The notes: a model not told the origin generated them from the sequence alone. A stretch of 64,000 bases of DNA from Octopus sinensis (GCF_006345805.1 NC_043008.1:25854001-25918000), one strand, 5' to 3'; shown: positions 24,761-38,507, counted from the stretch's first letter. Made by a program: numbers and translations.

Positions 24761-27369
24761 ATTTTATGGGTGACATTTGCATGAAACTGGCAATGGTTTC
24801 ACTTGACTTGACAAATCTTCTCAAGCACAGCATATCACCAGGGTCTCAGTCACTTGTCATCACCTCCATGAGGTCCAACATTTGGAGATCATGTTTACCA
24901 ACTTGTCCCTCACCTCCACAAGGCCCAACATTTGAAGATCATTTCAAAGATCATGCTACTGGCAACAGCCATGGTTACAATTTCACAGGTGCTATTTACA
25001 TGACACTAGCAATGGCTACAATTACAATTTCACTTGGCTTCATTAATATTCTCAAGCTCAGCATATCACTCTGTCACTAATCATCACCTCTGTGAGGCCC
25101 AATATTTGAAGATTATGCTTCACCTCTAATTAATTTCCTTTTCTGGAAATACATGTTTGTCTTAAGTTAATCAACGGAGTTTAGACAACCAGAGAGTATT
25201 CTACATTAGCAAGAGTCATTTTAGTAAGAAAGGAAAGATATTTTGACGTAGAATGAGAATAAGTATCAAATATTTGAAGTGGGACATTTTATAAGATATA
25301 TTTCTTTTAATATTATACACAAAAATATGTATCTACCAATCAAAATACTTGTATGAAGGCATTCAGCAGGCATGAAATAGCAGCCAATTTACCCTAAAAA
25401 TCTCACCTTCCTATCTTAAAAAAAGGTCACATTAGATTATGCGCCCTATAACATGCTTTTGAAAAAGAATGAAATGGGTGGTTAAGGTTGGAATGACTTT
25501 TAATCAGGTTTTCACATTGTCAAAGTTGACCTGAGGTTAAATAACAATGACAACATCTGATACATTTTTTAAAATGTTTACTACATTTATTGTCTTCCAA
25601 GAGATACTCATCCCAAACCATTATTCATTCTATCCCTTGACTTGCTAGTTTAGCTGTTACTTCAGATGATAAAACCTGAAGGCAAGTACGAATACATAAT
25701 GAACTAAAGGTTATTTATTCTCTCTACCCTATGTGGAGGTCAATGGAAATTTAATCTCTACCAATCCCAAGAGACTAATAACTTCAAGAATAATATTCAT
25801 TAATTGTAGTAAGGGATAACATCACAAAAAGATTCTTTGCATTAAACTACACAAAACAGACATATATTTAACTTGACACTTTTCTTATCTCCACTATTGC
25901 CATCTTATCCAGATCAATAGGGACCGAACATCTATTTAAACCAGATATAAAAACAGTAGGCAATATTATCTGGCTTGCTTGATTTTACTTTCAATTCCCT
26001 TAGACCTGCTATCATTATTCTAGTTTTAATTATTAGTCTGTAATATGAGAATAATGTTGAGCCAGTATGCAATGTAACTATCTATCTACCAATCTCTCTC
26101 TCTGTACATGTATGTGAGTGTGTGCTGAATAAAAGTGTGCTTGAATAAATATGAATAAAATATTTGCATTGCAGTTGTATAGGTTTGGAAACAATATACA
26201 ACTTAGTTTTATATTCAGCAATACAGTACATTTTAAAACTGATTTTTTGCAGAAAAATATTTCCTGCAAAATAAAGAGAAAAAAAAACCTTAATAAAAAA
26301 AAACAACAAAATTTCTTTTAAAAATAAAGCATTCATTGTCGATGATAATAGTTTCTCAGAAATATCATTTTCATATTGATAATAGCGATGCAGAAAAGAT
26401 GATAAAAATTAGTTTTTGAAAATGAATTTCCTTCTTGTATCTACTTCTTATATCAATTCCCTCCAATGTTCCTTATGTATATATATATATATATATATAT
26501 ACATGTCCTTTTACACACACATCTATAGACACACAAATATATCTATAATATCAGTAGAAAATATCTCTCTACTCAAGTTGAATGATATGCTATTACAGAA
26601 GTAATTTTCTCATATTGAAAGAGAATGGCATATATTTTTTCACATTTCTGTTGAACTTATTTTAAAAGATGTCATCCAAGTTATAGAAAATTAAATTTGT
26701 ACCAAGTTTACTAAATTATTTATAAAATCTATATAAAGTTACTTAACAATAGCAGTACCTGTCACCTGTTGATATAATTAAATTTTTGAGTTAGCTTGAA
26801 AATGCAGGTGAAGTAATAGGGCACATTGTCATATTTCTTCCTCATTAGACAAGCAAATTGGGGTGATATTAAGGGTTACTTCTTACAATGTTGGTTTTAA
26901 ATATGAGTCATTTTTAAACTGTGAATATATATTACAAGAAAAGTAGCTAGTGGGTTAATCTATTTTGTATTACTTAGATAGCTTTTATAATCCATGGTTT
27001 CACTTTCCTGATAGTGTTTTCCTTGAAAGTGTTGATTCTGTGCCCCTCAATGATATGGTGACGATTGAACAAGCCTGAATTCATTTGCTAAATAAGGACT
27101 AAATGTAACTGAATCTAGTAAAAATGCCAATTTGGTATTTGTGGAGAGTTATGTTAACTTACAAACAGTGCGTTGATGGTTTTATAATTTACACTTTGGA
27201 AAATCCAAAGTGATTCATGAGGAAAACCAAAGTCCATCATAAATGAAAACCAATTAAAAAACTGTTGGAAAGAAACTCATGAACATCAATTCTACAATTT
27301 GCAATGGACTTGGTAGTATCTTTTATGACTGTTCTCTGCCATTTACACACAAGTAAACAAGTGAAGATA

Positions 27370-27520
27370 TTTGAAAATGGGTTACGCATAAATTGACTGA
27401 GAATCAGAAATTGTGGCTCCTACAATTGTATTTGGAGTAATTAATTCATTGTAAGAATGAACCCTTTTGCACTGTACTATTATTTGTGATAAAAAAAGGA
27501 ACATTGTTTGATAATAATAA
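27370..27520 (+). pseudogene. Possible hAT transposase remnant
   Basis: ENGLRI..RIRNCGSY..RMNPFALYY resembles the GLxxxNxRGQxYDGA..NPxALYxHC segment. Confidence 0.3.
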
Positions 27521-28852
27521 ATGCTCTGGTAATTGTTAAATGCAAAGGAATGAGTCATTGAAGTTTTACACACAATCAATTGCTGCTATCAAAAAGGATA
27601 TGGCGGATGTATTGGGATTTGAAAATGGTATAAACCACTATTTATCCTTGCAAGAAAGAGAGTATGTGAGTGCGTGCATGTGTGTGTGTGTAGATGCATA
27701 TGTATTTATGTATATACATATACGTATACCACATACACACTCATAAAATGTGTATCATTGTCATCATCATTGTAATCATTATCCTTGTTCCATGTTAGTG
27801 TGGACTGGATGGTTTGAGAGGATCCAGCAAGTCTGAGGGCTGCATCATGTTGCAATATCTGCTTTGACATAGTTTCTATAACTGCATATCTTTCCTAATG
27901 TCAACCACTCAAGCATTTTACAGAGTATCCTGGGTGCCTTTTCATGGCATCAGGACTAGAGAGTCTGCCATGCATCCAATAAGACTAAGATTTCCTACAA
28001 CTAAGTGTAGCTACAGTAGAAAGGAAAGCAGCTAGGAGATGAGGGATTCAAGTATGAAGTAGAGGGACGAGAATAGAACAGTTTTCTAGTTATAAAAGAG
28101 TGGGTGTGATTTACTAGGGTGAAGCTGGAAAGAGAGGAAAAATAGTCATGATGAGGTGTTGAGTTGAACCCTCAAAGTTTGAGTGAGTAGAAGCGAAATG
28201 AGACAGGAGAATAGAGGTTTCAAAGTGAATGAGAAGTATGACAAAGTTAAAGATAGGGAATGAGAGGAAACATAGGAAAGAAGATAGAAAAGAGTTGGTG
28301 ATTAGAGGACAGGTTTGAGGAATGGATGGAGCAGATGGTGGATAGAAAATGGAGATGATCAGTGATGCATATGAGTTGAGAGATGGAGTGATGAGTAGAT
28401 GACACAGAAATGGATGCAGAGCAGCAGAATATCAATAATAATAATACAGCAGACAGGAGAGAGATCAGAGAAAGATGAAGAGGGAGAGAGAGATTACATG
28501 TGGGTCAGTAGGTTGTAAGAGAGAGAAAGAGAGAGAGAGAAACAGACAGACAGACATAGTGTATGGGCAGAGTGAGAAAGTTAAGTGATATCAGGGAAAA
28601 ACTAATGAACTAAAGTTCTACCCAGATTTAATTTCAACAGGGAATACTGAAGTTGAAAAGATAATGGTGGTAGTGGTGGTGGGGAGATGGATAGAGGTGA
28701 AAAGAAGGCGTATATATATAAGTTCAGCAAAATTTAGATTCAAATGAATATGGTACTTAAGCTAGATGCACCAGAATTTTGTATGGTGTTATCCATATAA
28801 ATCCATGGGGTGATTATAATCAAAATAAGCAACAAGAATATCTTCGGTAATT

Positions 28853-28936
28853 TGGTACGATCGTTTCACGCTACATCATTTTATTAAACATTGTAAGTAT
28901 TACAACAGTTTTAAAATGTTGAGCAATCATCAGCCA
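28853..28936 (-). ncRNA. Type I hammerhead ribozyme motif with an intact catalytic core
   Basis: Minus strand TGG-CTGATGA-TTGCT(long hairpin)AGCGT-GAAAC-GATC-GTA-CCA; palindromic loop III, GUA cleavage triplet, 3-bp stem I. Confidence 0.75.
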
Positions 28937-29057
28937 TTTATAGAGGTTTTCCATCAATATACTTATTTTCATATTAATTGATAACATTATAAAGAGGGTA
29001 GATATATAGACAGATATGTTGATTTGAAGGTTAAGAACATTAAGGTATTAGAATTAA

Positions 29058-29290
29058 AAGGCAGCGAGCTGGCAGAAACGTTAGCACGCCGGGCGAAATG
29101 TGTAGCCGTATTTCGTCTGCTGTTATGTCCTGAGTTCAAATTCCGCTGAGGTCCATTTTGCTTTCATCCTTTCGGGGTCAATAGATTAAGTACCAGTTAC
29201 GCACTGGGGTCAATATAATCGACTTAATCCGTTTGTCTGTCCTTGTTTGTCCTCTCTGTGTTTAGCCCCTTGTGGGTAGTAAAGAAATAG
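29058..29290 (+). mobile_element. SINE family B, full length
   Basis: GGCAGCGAGCTGGCAGAAACGTTAGCACGCCGGGCGAAATG ... TTTAGCCCCTTGTGGGTAGTAAAGAAATAGG. Confidence 0.9.
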
Positions 29291-30289
29291 GTATTAGAAT
29301 TTATCTTCTGATTGAAGAATATTCTTTAAGTTATTCTGAACTGCTAGAAAGTGGGGAGGGGTATTCAGTTGAATGGAGACAAAAGAGATTTTCTATTTAT
29401 AGAAGTAGGTAGGGGTGAAATAAATGTCAGAAGTTATTCCTTAAGAAATTAAAGTGGAAAGTGGATTATAAGGCCATAGATGCTGTTTACTGCTATTTGG
29501 CAAACAGATTTTGTATCAAGAAAACTAGGTCAATGCTAAATGGTCACAATGACCAACTATATACTAAAAAGTTATAGAAAATACAGAGATTCCTTTACAC
29601 TTATACAAACATATACCAATATGTATCAGATTTATACTTAGCTAGTAGGTGTTGATTATTTTAATAAGTTGGATTAAAAAAGAATTATAAATCTAATATT
29701 CATTAATTTTGGAGAAAAAAAATCTATCATTTATTATGAGTATGTATAATACTCAATAACTGTTGACAAAAGTCTTATTAATTAAGTGAATATATTAGAG
29801 TTCAATGATATATATTAGAAAAAGCAGAAGAGGAGTAATCAAGATGAGTCATTTTCTTAGGTTTAGTAGATGGTGATTCATTTTTAGGAAGAGAAATAAT
29901 CAAGAAGAGTAAATTTCTCAGATTTGGTAGATGGTGAATTGTTATTAATGAATTAAATTAAAGAATCTGTTAGACATAATATTTACTACCCACGGAAAAA
30001 AAACTAATCAGTTAGGTAAAAATATCCGGGGTCAGTGATATATTAAAAAACGGAAGTGAGGTAATCAAGATGAACTGAGTAGTTTCCTTAGGGACATAGA
30101 ATTTTTACTATTTAATATAGGAGATTATCAGGAAAAAAAGAGAATTTAATTCTAAATATGCAATGAAGTTTTTTTAGTAATCTGTGCATGTTGAATAAAA
30201 GCTAGTATGGTATATTCATTCTTATTTAGTTATAAAGAATTAGAATTTTAAAAAAATTTAGGAATGGTCACAATATTACTATTTAAAAT

Positions 30290-30710
30290 ATTTAAACATA
30301 CGGGTTGTGTGATATATGCAAGATACTCCTAGTTCAGAACGGTTATTTAACAAATTTGTATTATTCCTGTTTTAAAATTTCAAATGTTTCCATAGAACAA
30401 AGTTCACAACCATCTCTACTATTTTTATAAGGCTGTGCTTTCCTTATTATATCCCATTTTAGGTTAAATTCTATATTATTTCTTTTCAGTTCCCAAATTT
30501 TACTGCAAAATGTTGTGCAACCTGCCTAAAGGAGGAAAAATGATTGTTTAAATGTTTTTTTAGATCCACCGAACAACCAAAATAAAGATAGCTATTATTT
30601 GAAGTCACTATTGTACATTTATAAACTACATTTTGGACCAAACAGCAGCCAGATACTGGACATTTCGATCTAATCCTACAATTACAACTGGGGGGATAAT
30701 TCATGGTACT
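30290..30710 (-). mobile_element. Penelope-like GIY-YIG endonuclease remnant
   Basis: SCNCRIRSKCPVSGCCLVQNVVYKCTI..YLYFGCSVDLKKHLNNHFSSF and C-terminal GCELCSMETFEIL..NRSELGVSC. Confidence 0.85.
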
Positions 30711-30777
30711 AGTATTATTTATGGACAATTCATTTTCACTACTAGAGCTATTATTAGTATTATTATTAGTATTAGTG

Positions 30778-30818
<41 letters not shown>

Positions 30819-30919
30819 CATATATATACATGCATACATACATTCATACGTGCATACACACACGTACTGTGCCTTCAGAATCTTAGTTTCTTGAAGACGG
30901 ACGGGTTTTCACAAGTGCC

Positions 30920-31580
30920 ACTAAGTGCTCTAGTCCTTAGTCTTTTCCATGGGGCTCAAGTTTCTGAGATCAGTCTTCACTACTTTACCCCATGCCTTCT
31001 TAGATCTCTCTCTTCAGCAACCTCCATCCACATTAAGGGATCAGCTTATCTTTATACAGCTCATCAGTGTCTAAATGTTTCAGATCTCTGTAGCAGCTCA
31101 CTCTTCTTTCTTGCACACTACATCTGATTCCTCTTGTGCTTAGTTTTTCACTCAACACATTTGTACTTCATCACTCATTCACTCTTACAGTGCACATCCT
31201 ATGGAACATGCTAGCATTATTTCTTTCCTTTTTCCTCAAATACTCTGCATTCAAGGCCCATCCCTCATTATCATGCAAAATCACATTTCTAACATAAGCT
31301 TCATACAATTTGCTCTTGAAAAGACCTTTGCTGCCAGAAGTAGTAGTGAATTCCAAAAATTTTCCAACTTATTCTTACTCTGGCTGCTACACTTTCACAG
31401 CAACCACCTCACCTGCTTACTATGTCTCCAATTAACAAAAGCAACTGAGTACTTTTCATGAGCCATCCAAACATTTATTTCTGTTTTACACAGTGTGAAG
31501 GTAGGAGTTGATCAAAGCTCCATTCTTTGTCCCTTCATATTCTTTATAATCCTACAGGCAATCCTAAAGGATTTTGAGAC
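30920..31580 (-). mobile_element. RTE-clade LINE 3' remnant
   Basis: KSKLYEAYVRNVILHDNEGWALNAEYLRKKERNNASMFHRMC (cf. LYxACVRxxMLHGSETW..LERNExSMLRWMC). Confidence 0.7.
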
Positions 31581-32099
31581 AGGTTATTCTTGGAAAATCC
31601 TATGAGCTGATGATCTAGTTCTCAAAGCAGGATCTATATTGGAATTAAGGAAGAAATTCAAATTACGGAAGCTAAACTGAGCATTAAAAGGCTTCATGCT
31701 AAACTGAACAAAGTTTAAGTGTGTGAGGAAGAAGGCCGGTCCTTGAGGTATGGAAACACAAGAGATACAGTTGAATAGCAGGCAGACTATGTGAGTACAT
31801 ACATATATGTGTATGTATATGTATACACACACAATATATATATATATATGTATACATAAGAGTATCCCTTGTTGAAGTACTACATAATCAGTTATGATCT
31901 TCATTGATTACAATGGGGTACAAATCTAAAAAAGTTTTTCAATGCCTCATATTTTAAATCTTCTTCTTGGTATATTCAAGCCTCTGAATAAGAATATTGA
32001 CTTCATCTATTTCTAGCAGCTCTAGTTTTTTAGATAATGCACTTATCAATATGGCATAATCCCAATTGGTCACTCAACTAAGTTAATGGAGCAACAGGA

Positions 32100-32810
32100 A
32101 ACAATCACCCTCGGCATATAGATTACCATTGACTTATCTGTGTGGATGGAGAAGTTTCTCTGGGGTCAGCAGAATGAATACAACAAGTATCTCTGCTTTA
32201 TCTGTCTCTAGGACAGTAGGATAGAGAAAAAACATGGTCATTGGAGAAAAGAATATAATTTCTGAACTCTAGGTTGACAGAGGTAAAATCATTTTACCAC
32301 AACTGCACATCACACTAGGTTTAATGTAACACTTTGTGAAGGCATTCAGCCAAAACAGGAGACTGCTTTTACTCTATGTGCAGAAAATTTTCAGCACTGA
32401 TCATGGAGAAGCTAAAGATATTTTCAATGAACCAAAAATCAGGATACTCATGAAAGACTCACATTCCCAAGATTCAATGAATATTGCTGAAGCATGGTGT
32501 TTGTTCACTCTGGTTGTAAAATTTTCCTTGGGAGCCATAAAGATCATAAAACTACTCTGAATAAAAGGAGAACATGCTCTCCTTTGCGTCAGCTTGGCTG
32601 AAATATGTACATCAAAGTGCATTACCTCCACAGTCACTTGTATTGTTTCCAAGACAATCTTGATGACTTGCATGATGAATGGGGCAAACAATTTCACCAA
32701 GATTTAAGAACTATAGAAAAAAGATACATTGGGATATCCATATGAGGGAAGATTACTGCTGGACCATTAAATGTGACTGTTCTTGGGCAGCTCACCACAG
32801 AAAGTCTCTG
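32100..32810 (+). mobile_element. Degenerate DDE transposase remnant, probably Chapaev3-like (CMC)
   Basis: LGQQNEYNKYLCFICL*DSR, FVKAF..IFNEPKIRILMKD and MYIKVHYLHSHL..NL..DEWGKQFHQDL..DYCWTIK; the superfamily assignment is from recall. Confidence 0.6.
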
Positions 32811-33342
32811 AAATCCCACTTGCATGTGATATCTGAATATCTGATAACTTTCTACACTTGTTCCATTTTTATCTGATTCTATGGATGTAACTTAATCATA
32901 AACAAGCATATTTTTCATGAATGGAGCAAATTTATCCAAAAGCTACAATAATAATTTGTAGTCATGAACTCAACTGAGCAATTGCATGTATAACAATTAG
33001 AGATATATAATATCTCAATATCCAGAGCTGATGGGGTAAAACTGATGACATATTTAGGACCAGGGAGTAAAATTTACCTAAATACTGGTCTAATATCCCA
33101 GGCACCAGATCTTTAGCTTCCAAAACTCAAGGAATGTCTAGTATAGACAGAAACAGTTGTAACTCACTGGTTTGCTGTGTAGATATATTCCCTGTTAAAA
33201 TGCTCTATGGTTGAAGTCATTTTATTCATTGATCACCATTATACAAGCATAATAAACATCATGTTCATCTTCTCTTCCTTCTTTCTCTCGTTTTTTATAT
33301 TTATATATTTGCAATTTCTAGGTCATTATCAAATTTGACAGT

Positions 33343-33560
33343 GTAGGCATGGCTGTGTGGTTAAGAAGCTTGCTTTCCAACCATGTGGTCTAGAGTTCAG
33401 TCCCACTATGCAGTACTTTGGGCAGGTCTCTTCTATTATAGTGCCAGACTGGCAAAAGACTTGTGAGTGGATTTGATTGAAGGAAACTAGAAGAAACCCA
33501 TGTGTGTGTATGTGTGTGTCTATGTATGTATAATGCATATACATACACGTATATATATAT
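33343..33560 (+). mobile_element. SINE family A, 5' half
   Basis: GGCATGGCTGTGTGGTTAAGAAGCTTGC..AGTTCAGTCCCACT..CTTGTGAGTGGATTTG. Confidence 0.75.
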
Positions 33561-33717
33561 ATATATATATGTATATACACACACATATATTAATGTGTGT
33601 GTATACACACACACACACACACACACATATAGACATATAAATATACACATACCATCCAAACCATGCCAGTATGGAACACAGATGTTAAATGATGATGATC
33701 TCTTTATCTCTTTTCAC

Positions 33718-33905
33718 TTTTATTTTTTCAGTCATTTGACTGTGGCCATGCTGGAGCACCGCCTTTAGTTGATAAAATTGACCCCAGGACTTATTCTTTG
33801 GGAGCCTAGTACTTATTCTATTAGTTTCTTTTGCCAAACTGCTAAGTTATGGGGACGTAAACACGCCAAGTGATGTTGGGGGTACACACACACATACATA
33901 CATAT

Positions 33906-33937
<32 letters not shown>

Positions 33938-34108
33938 ATATTTGTGTGTACATATATACAGCAGGCTTCTTTCAGTTTCTGTCTACCAAATCCACTCACA
34001 AGGCTTTGCTTAGCCCGAGGATATAGTGGAAGACACTTGCCAGTGGAAATGAGCCTGGTATCATATGGTTGGAAAGCAAGCTACTTACCACACAACCACT
34101 CCTGCACC
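33718..34108 (-). mobile_element. SINE family A, full length
   Basis: TTTCAGTCATTTGACTGTGGCCATGCTGGAGCACCGCC ... ACCACTCCTGCACCT. Confidence 0.88.
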
Positions 34109-35574
34109 TATATGATAATATAATATGATGATAATATACACATATACACATATATATATATATGTGTGTGTGTATGTCCCTTACTTGCCAACCAGTGCTG
34201 GTTTTGTTTATGTTCCTGTTACTTAATGGTTCAGCAAATGAGACTAATAGAATACGTATCAGACTTGAAACAAGCACTGAGGTCGATTTGTTGGATGAAC
34301 CCTTCTGGAATGGCATTGCTGCTTTAGCCACTGATGGCTCAAACATCAATACTGGTCTACTAGATTACCACTAGCCAATCACCTGTCAGAAACAGGGAAC
34401 AGTATTATAATATTCACCATGATTATCACTAGCCACTAAACCTTTTTTTATTTACTCTCCCCATTTATTTCTGTGTCCCTTTCTGTTGAAGAGCATAGGC
34501 TTAAAATATAAAAGACTGTCACTTCCTGAGTGTTAAACTAATACATCTTTTGTTGTTTACACACCTGTCTTCATCTTTTGTTTTGTTTGTTTTTTTGTAA
34601 ATTCCAATTACAATATGTAGTTGGCTCAAAACTTTAATAGAGAGTAATTTTTTTCTGCATAGACACTTTGTTGTTAAAACTGCATGTAGTCTCCAGCTGT
34701 TATAACCCAAATGATTTGTAACAAATTTAGAAATGCAACAAATCTGCATGAACAACTTTACAGGTTGTGGTAAGAGAAGAAATTGATTTCCTTCTCAGAA
34801 ATTTAAAGAATTTCATTTATAGAATAACAGTAATTTAATATTGTTTCAAGTTTATTCTATGTAATACTGTAATTTCTAAATATATTTATGAGAAACTGGA
34901 AATTATTTGACCTTTTTTGACTTCAGATTGTATATATGTTAATTTGAAAATTAAAATATTTAATAAGTATAGAAACATGAATAAATAATTTTAAAATATA
35001 TTTTGTAAAATATAAACAAAATTAAGAAATGAAGAATTCTTAGCACATAACACATTGAACAGAATAACTCGAGGTGTGTTGTTTTATCCCTTTATGTTCA
35101 GAGTTCAAATTCTGCTTAAGTAGACTTAACCTTTAATTTTTCTGAGGGCCATAAACAAGACAACTACTAAGCTTGATTTAATTGACAATAAACACGAAAG
35201 CAAAAACATGGCATGGCCACAGTCCAATACCTGAAAGCATTGAAATAGACAATGAAAAATCTGAGGTAAGAACTGTATAATCCAAAGAGTTACAATCTCT
35301 CTTACAGGTGATTTCAGATAAATTTTGCCAGTAATTTCTCACGAGAGCTGAGCTGATCAGAGCAATGTCTGTCTGGAAACCTCTCTTATCTCAAGCCTCA
35401 TTTTCAATGACTCATTCTTATCATAAAACACTTGTGTATTTCATAGATATTAATGTTGGAGATAAATTTGTCACTTAATTACTCAAACTAGAAAACAGAA
35501 ATTGTATTGCACTAGCATGGCCAATATTCAAAAATCAATAGGAAAAAGTAAAATAATGGATTAAAGTCAATGGT

Positions 35575-35950
35575 GAAGGTATGGATGTGTGGTAAGAAGT
35601 TTGCTTCCCAATCACATGGTTCCAGGTTCAGTCCCACTGCATGGCACCTTGGGCAGATGTTTTTTATTATAGCTTCTGACCAACCAAAGCCTTGTGAGTG
35701 GATTTGGTAAGTGGAAACTAAAAGAAGCCTGTTCTACATATATGTGTGTGTGTGTTTGTCCCACTTGATAACCAAATTGGTTGGTTTACATCTCTGTAAC
35801 TCGATGTTTCAGCAAAAGGAGACCAATAGAATAAGTACCGGGCTTAAAAATATTTAGGTACTAAGGTCAATTCATTCGACTCGAATTTCTTCAAGGTGGT
35901 GCCCCAGCATGGCTGCAGACTAATGACTTAAAAACAGATAAAAGATAAAT
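35575..35950 (+). mobile_element. SINE family A, near full length
   Basis: Head CAGGTTCAGTCCCACTG and tail GGTGGTGCCCCAGCATGGCTGCAG. Confidence 0.85.
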
Positions 35951-36504
35951 ATAGCAGTAATAAGACAGTGCAATTTCTTTCACCTCATTGTTGCTCTTGT
36001 TGTTTAATCTCTTGTCAGTATATATGAAGCAGATCTATGATCAAAATGATTCCAGTCATGACTATCCTGTCTTTTTGTATATTACATTATTCACAGTATC
36101 ATTGTTTTTTAAAGATGGTTGCAAGTTGTTTGAAATTAAGCTGCTATTATCTGCTCCCAGGGTGTAGGTAGGTATAAAGGTAGCATGTGCTCAAATTGAG
36201 TAAAACCAGAGTTGTGTTTATGTTGATTTCGTTTGTGTATTGTAACATAGAGAATTGAGAAATAAGACTTGATAAATTAAGTACTAAACTGAAGTAATAA
36301 CTGGTGTTGATATGACTGAATAAAAGATTTTAGAAACAAAAGTTACAAGATAACAAAATAAATGTTACTTAAACATTTGATCTTTTCAACAGAATATCAT
36401 TGATTATGGACAAAAGGTGAACATTAAGATAATAGTATTATGTTTCTGTCTGTATATCTGTCCGTCTGTCTGTCTGTTTCTGTCTGTCACTCTCTCTCTA
36501 TCAG

Positions 36505-36527
36505 TCTCTCTACACACACGTACACAC

Positions 36528-36573
<46 letters not shown>

Positions 36574-36594
36574 GCACACACACACACACACACG

Positions 36595-36668
<74 letters not shown>

Positions 36669-36680
36669 CACACACACATG
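36505..36680. repeat. (CA)n microsatellite with CGTGCGCG interruptions
   Basis: Direct reading. Confidence 0.95.
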
Positions 36681-37083
36681 CCTATGTGATTAACAAGTTC
36701 ACAGTGCAACCACATAATTTTTGATTTAGTTCCACAGTGTGACACCTTGAGCAAGTGGCTTCCTCAATAGCCCTAGGTTGACCAATTCCTCATGGGTGAA
36801 TTAATTTTGTAGATAGAAAGTGTGTAGAAGCCTGTCATAAATATATATGTATGTGTAGGTGTAAATGTGTGTGTATATATGCAACGTGGCTTCATTGTAG
36901 AATGTATGCTCTATGGAGCAATAACTAACTACAAGTTCTCTCCTACGCACCATTTTGCATGTGGTAGTTTTGTAACAGCATCAGGAAAATTTCTGTGGTG
37001 ATATTATATGTTTGGCATAATGTTTCATGAGTCATGATAAAAAAAAAAGAAACTGATGCATGATATGCAACAACTTATCTATC

Positions 37084-37135
<52 letters not shown>

Positions 37136-37150
37136 CATATATATATATAT

Positions 37151-37571
37151 GCATTATTAAATCTCAGAGCGAGATGTAAACAGTAACCGCTCAACAACGT
37201 AAAGTATAACAGCCATCTCAATATGGCTAACCACAAAGTGGGGGTGTTACTGTAGCTTTTAGCCCCAGGAGATCGACGTCTCCAGCTGGCTTTAGACACA
37301 CTTCCTGTGCCCTTTAGGTATTTGCAAAGGGAAGCCATCCCTTCCTGATAAGCCTTAGTGATACGCACCGGACCGTGGTTTCGAGATTATTGTCTCTTAT
37401 CAACGGGCGGTAACCACAAGGTCACGATGGAAGGCAAGGCTTGCTTTGCAAATATATAAGAGTTTTTCTAGTGACGTCTGCCACTGATTTCGAAAAACTG
37501 ACTGTAAGCATTATTAAATCTCAGAGCAAGATGTAAACAGTAACCACTCAACAACGTAAAGTATAACAGCC
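37151..37571 (-). mobile_element. Retrozyme/pLTR-like non-coding element: 357-bp unit plus 64-bp terminal direct repeat
   Basis: 37151-37214 matches 37508-37571 with 2 mismatches; an internal HHR motif is on the minus strand; no ORF homology. Confidence 0.7.
37365..37408 (-). ncRNA. Minimal type I hammerhead ribozyme motif with two core substitutions
   Basis: GCCCG-TTGATAA-GAGA-CAATAA-TCTC-GAAAC-CAC-GGTC-CGGTGC; stems I, II and III pair; GUC triplet; CUGAUGA reads UUGAUAA. Confidence 0.7.
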
Positions 37572-37574
37572 TAC

Positions 37575-37957
37575 TCTTTTTACTTGTTTCAGTTATTTTA
37601 CTGTGGCCAAGTTGTAGTACCCCTTTTAGTCAAGCAAATCAATCCCAGGACTTATTCTATCGGTCTCTTTTGCCGAACCGCTAAGTTACGGGGACGTAAA
37701 CACACCAGCATTAGTTGTCAAGCAATGTTGGTGGGACAAACACTGACTCACAAGCATATACACACACATACATATATATATATATATACATATATACAAC
37801 GGGCTTATTTTAGTTTCCGTCTACCAAATCCACTCGCAAGGCTTTGGTTGGCTCGAGGCTATAGTAGAAGACACTTGCCCAAGGTACCATGCAGTAGGAA
37901 TGAACCCAGAACCATCTGGTTGGTAAACAAGCTACTTACCACAAAGCCACTCGTGCA

Positions 37958-37960
<3 letters not shown>
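37575..37960 (-). mobile_element. SINE family A, full length
   Basis: Reverse complement of the family A tail, body and head. Confidence 0.85.
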
Positions 37961-38008
<48 letters not shown>

Positions 38009-38009
38009 T

Positions 38010-38362
38010 ATATATCTTATCTTTTACTTGTGTCATTCATTAGACTGTGGCCATGCAGGGAGACCACCTTGAACAATTCTTAATTGAATGAATCGACCCC
38101 AGTACTTATTTTTTTTCTTTAACCCTGGTATTCATTCTGTTAGTCTCATTTGCTAAACCACTAATTTACAGGAATGTAAACACACTAACACTGGTTGTCA
38201 AGTGCTTGTAGGGGACAAACACAGACACAAAAACACTCACAAAGCTTTGAGCAGCTTGAGGCTATAGTGGAGGACTTTTTCCCAAAGTGCTGTGTAGTGA
38301 AACTGTACCGAGAACCATGTGATTGGGTAACAAACTTCTTACCACACAGCCATGCCTGCACC
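38010..38362 (-). mobile_element. SINE family A, degenerate full length
   Basis: ACTTGTGTCATTCATTAGACTGTGGCCATG ... ACCACACAGCCATGCCTGCACCT. Confidence 0.75.
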
Positions 38363-38455
38363 TGTAAAGTTTAAATGCATATATACTTACATATATATAC
38401 ACTCACACACACACTCACATGCACACACACAGACACACACACACACTCACACACA

Positions 38456-38507
<52 letters not shown>

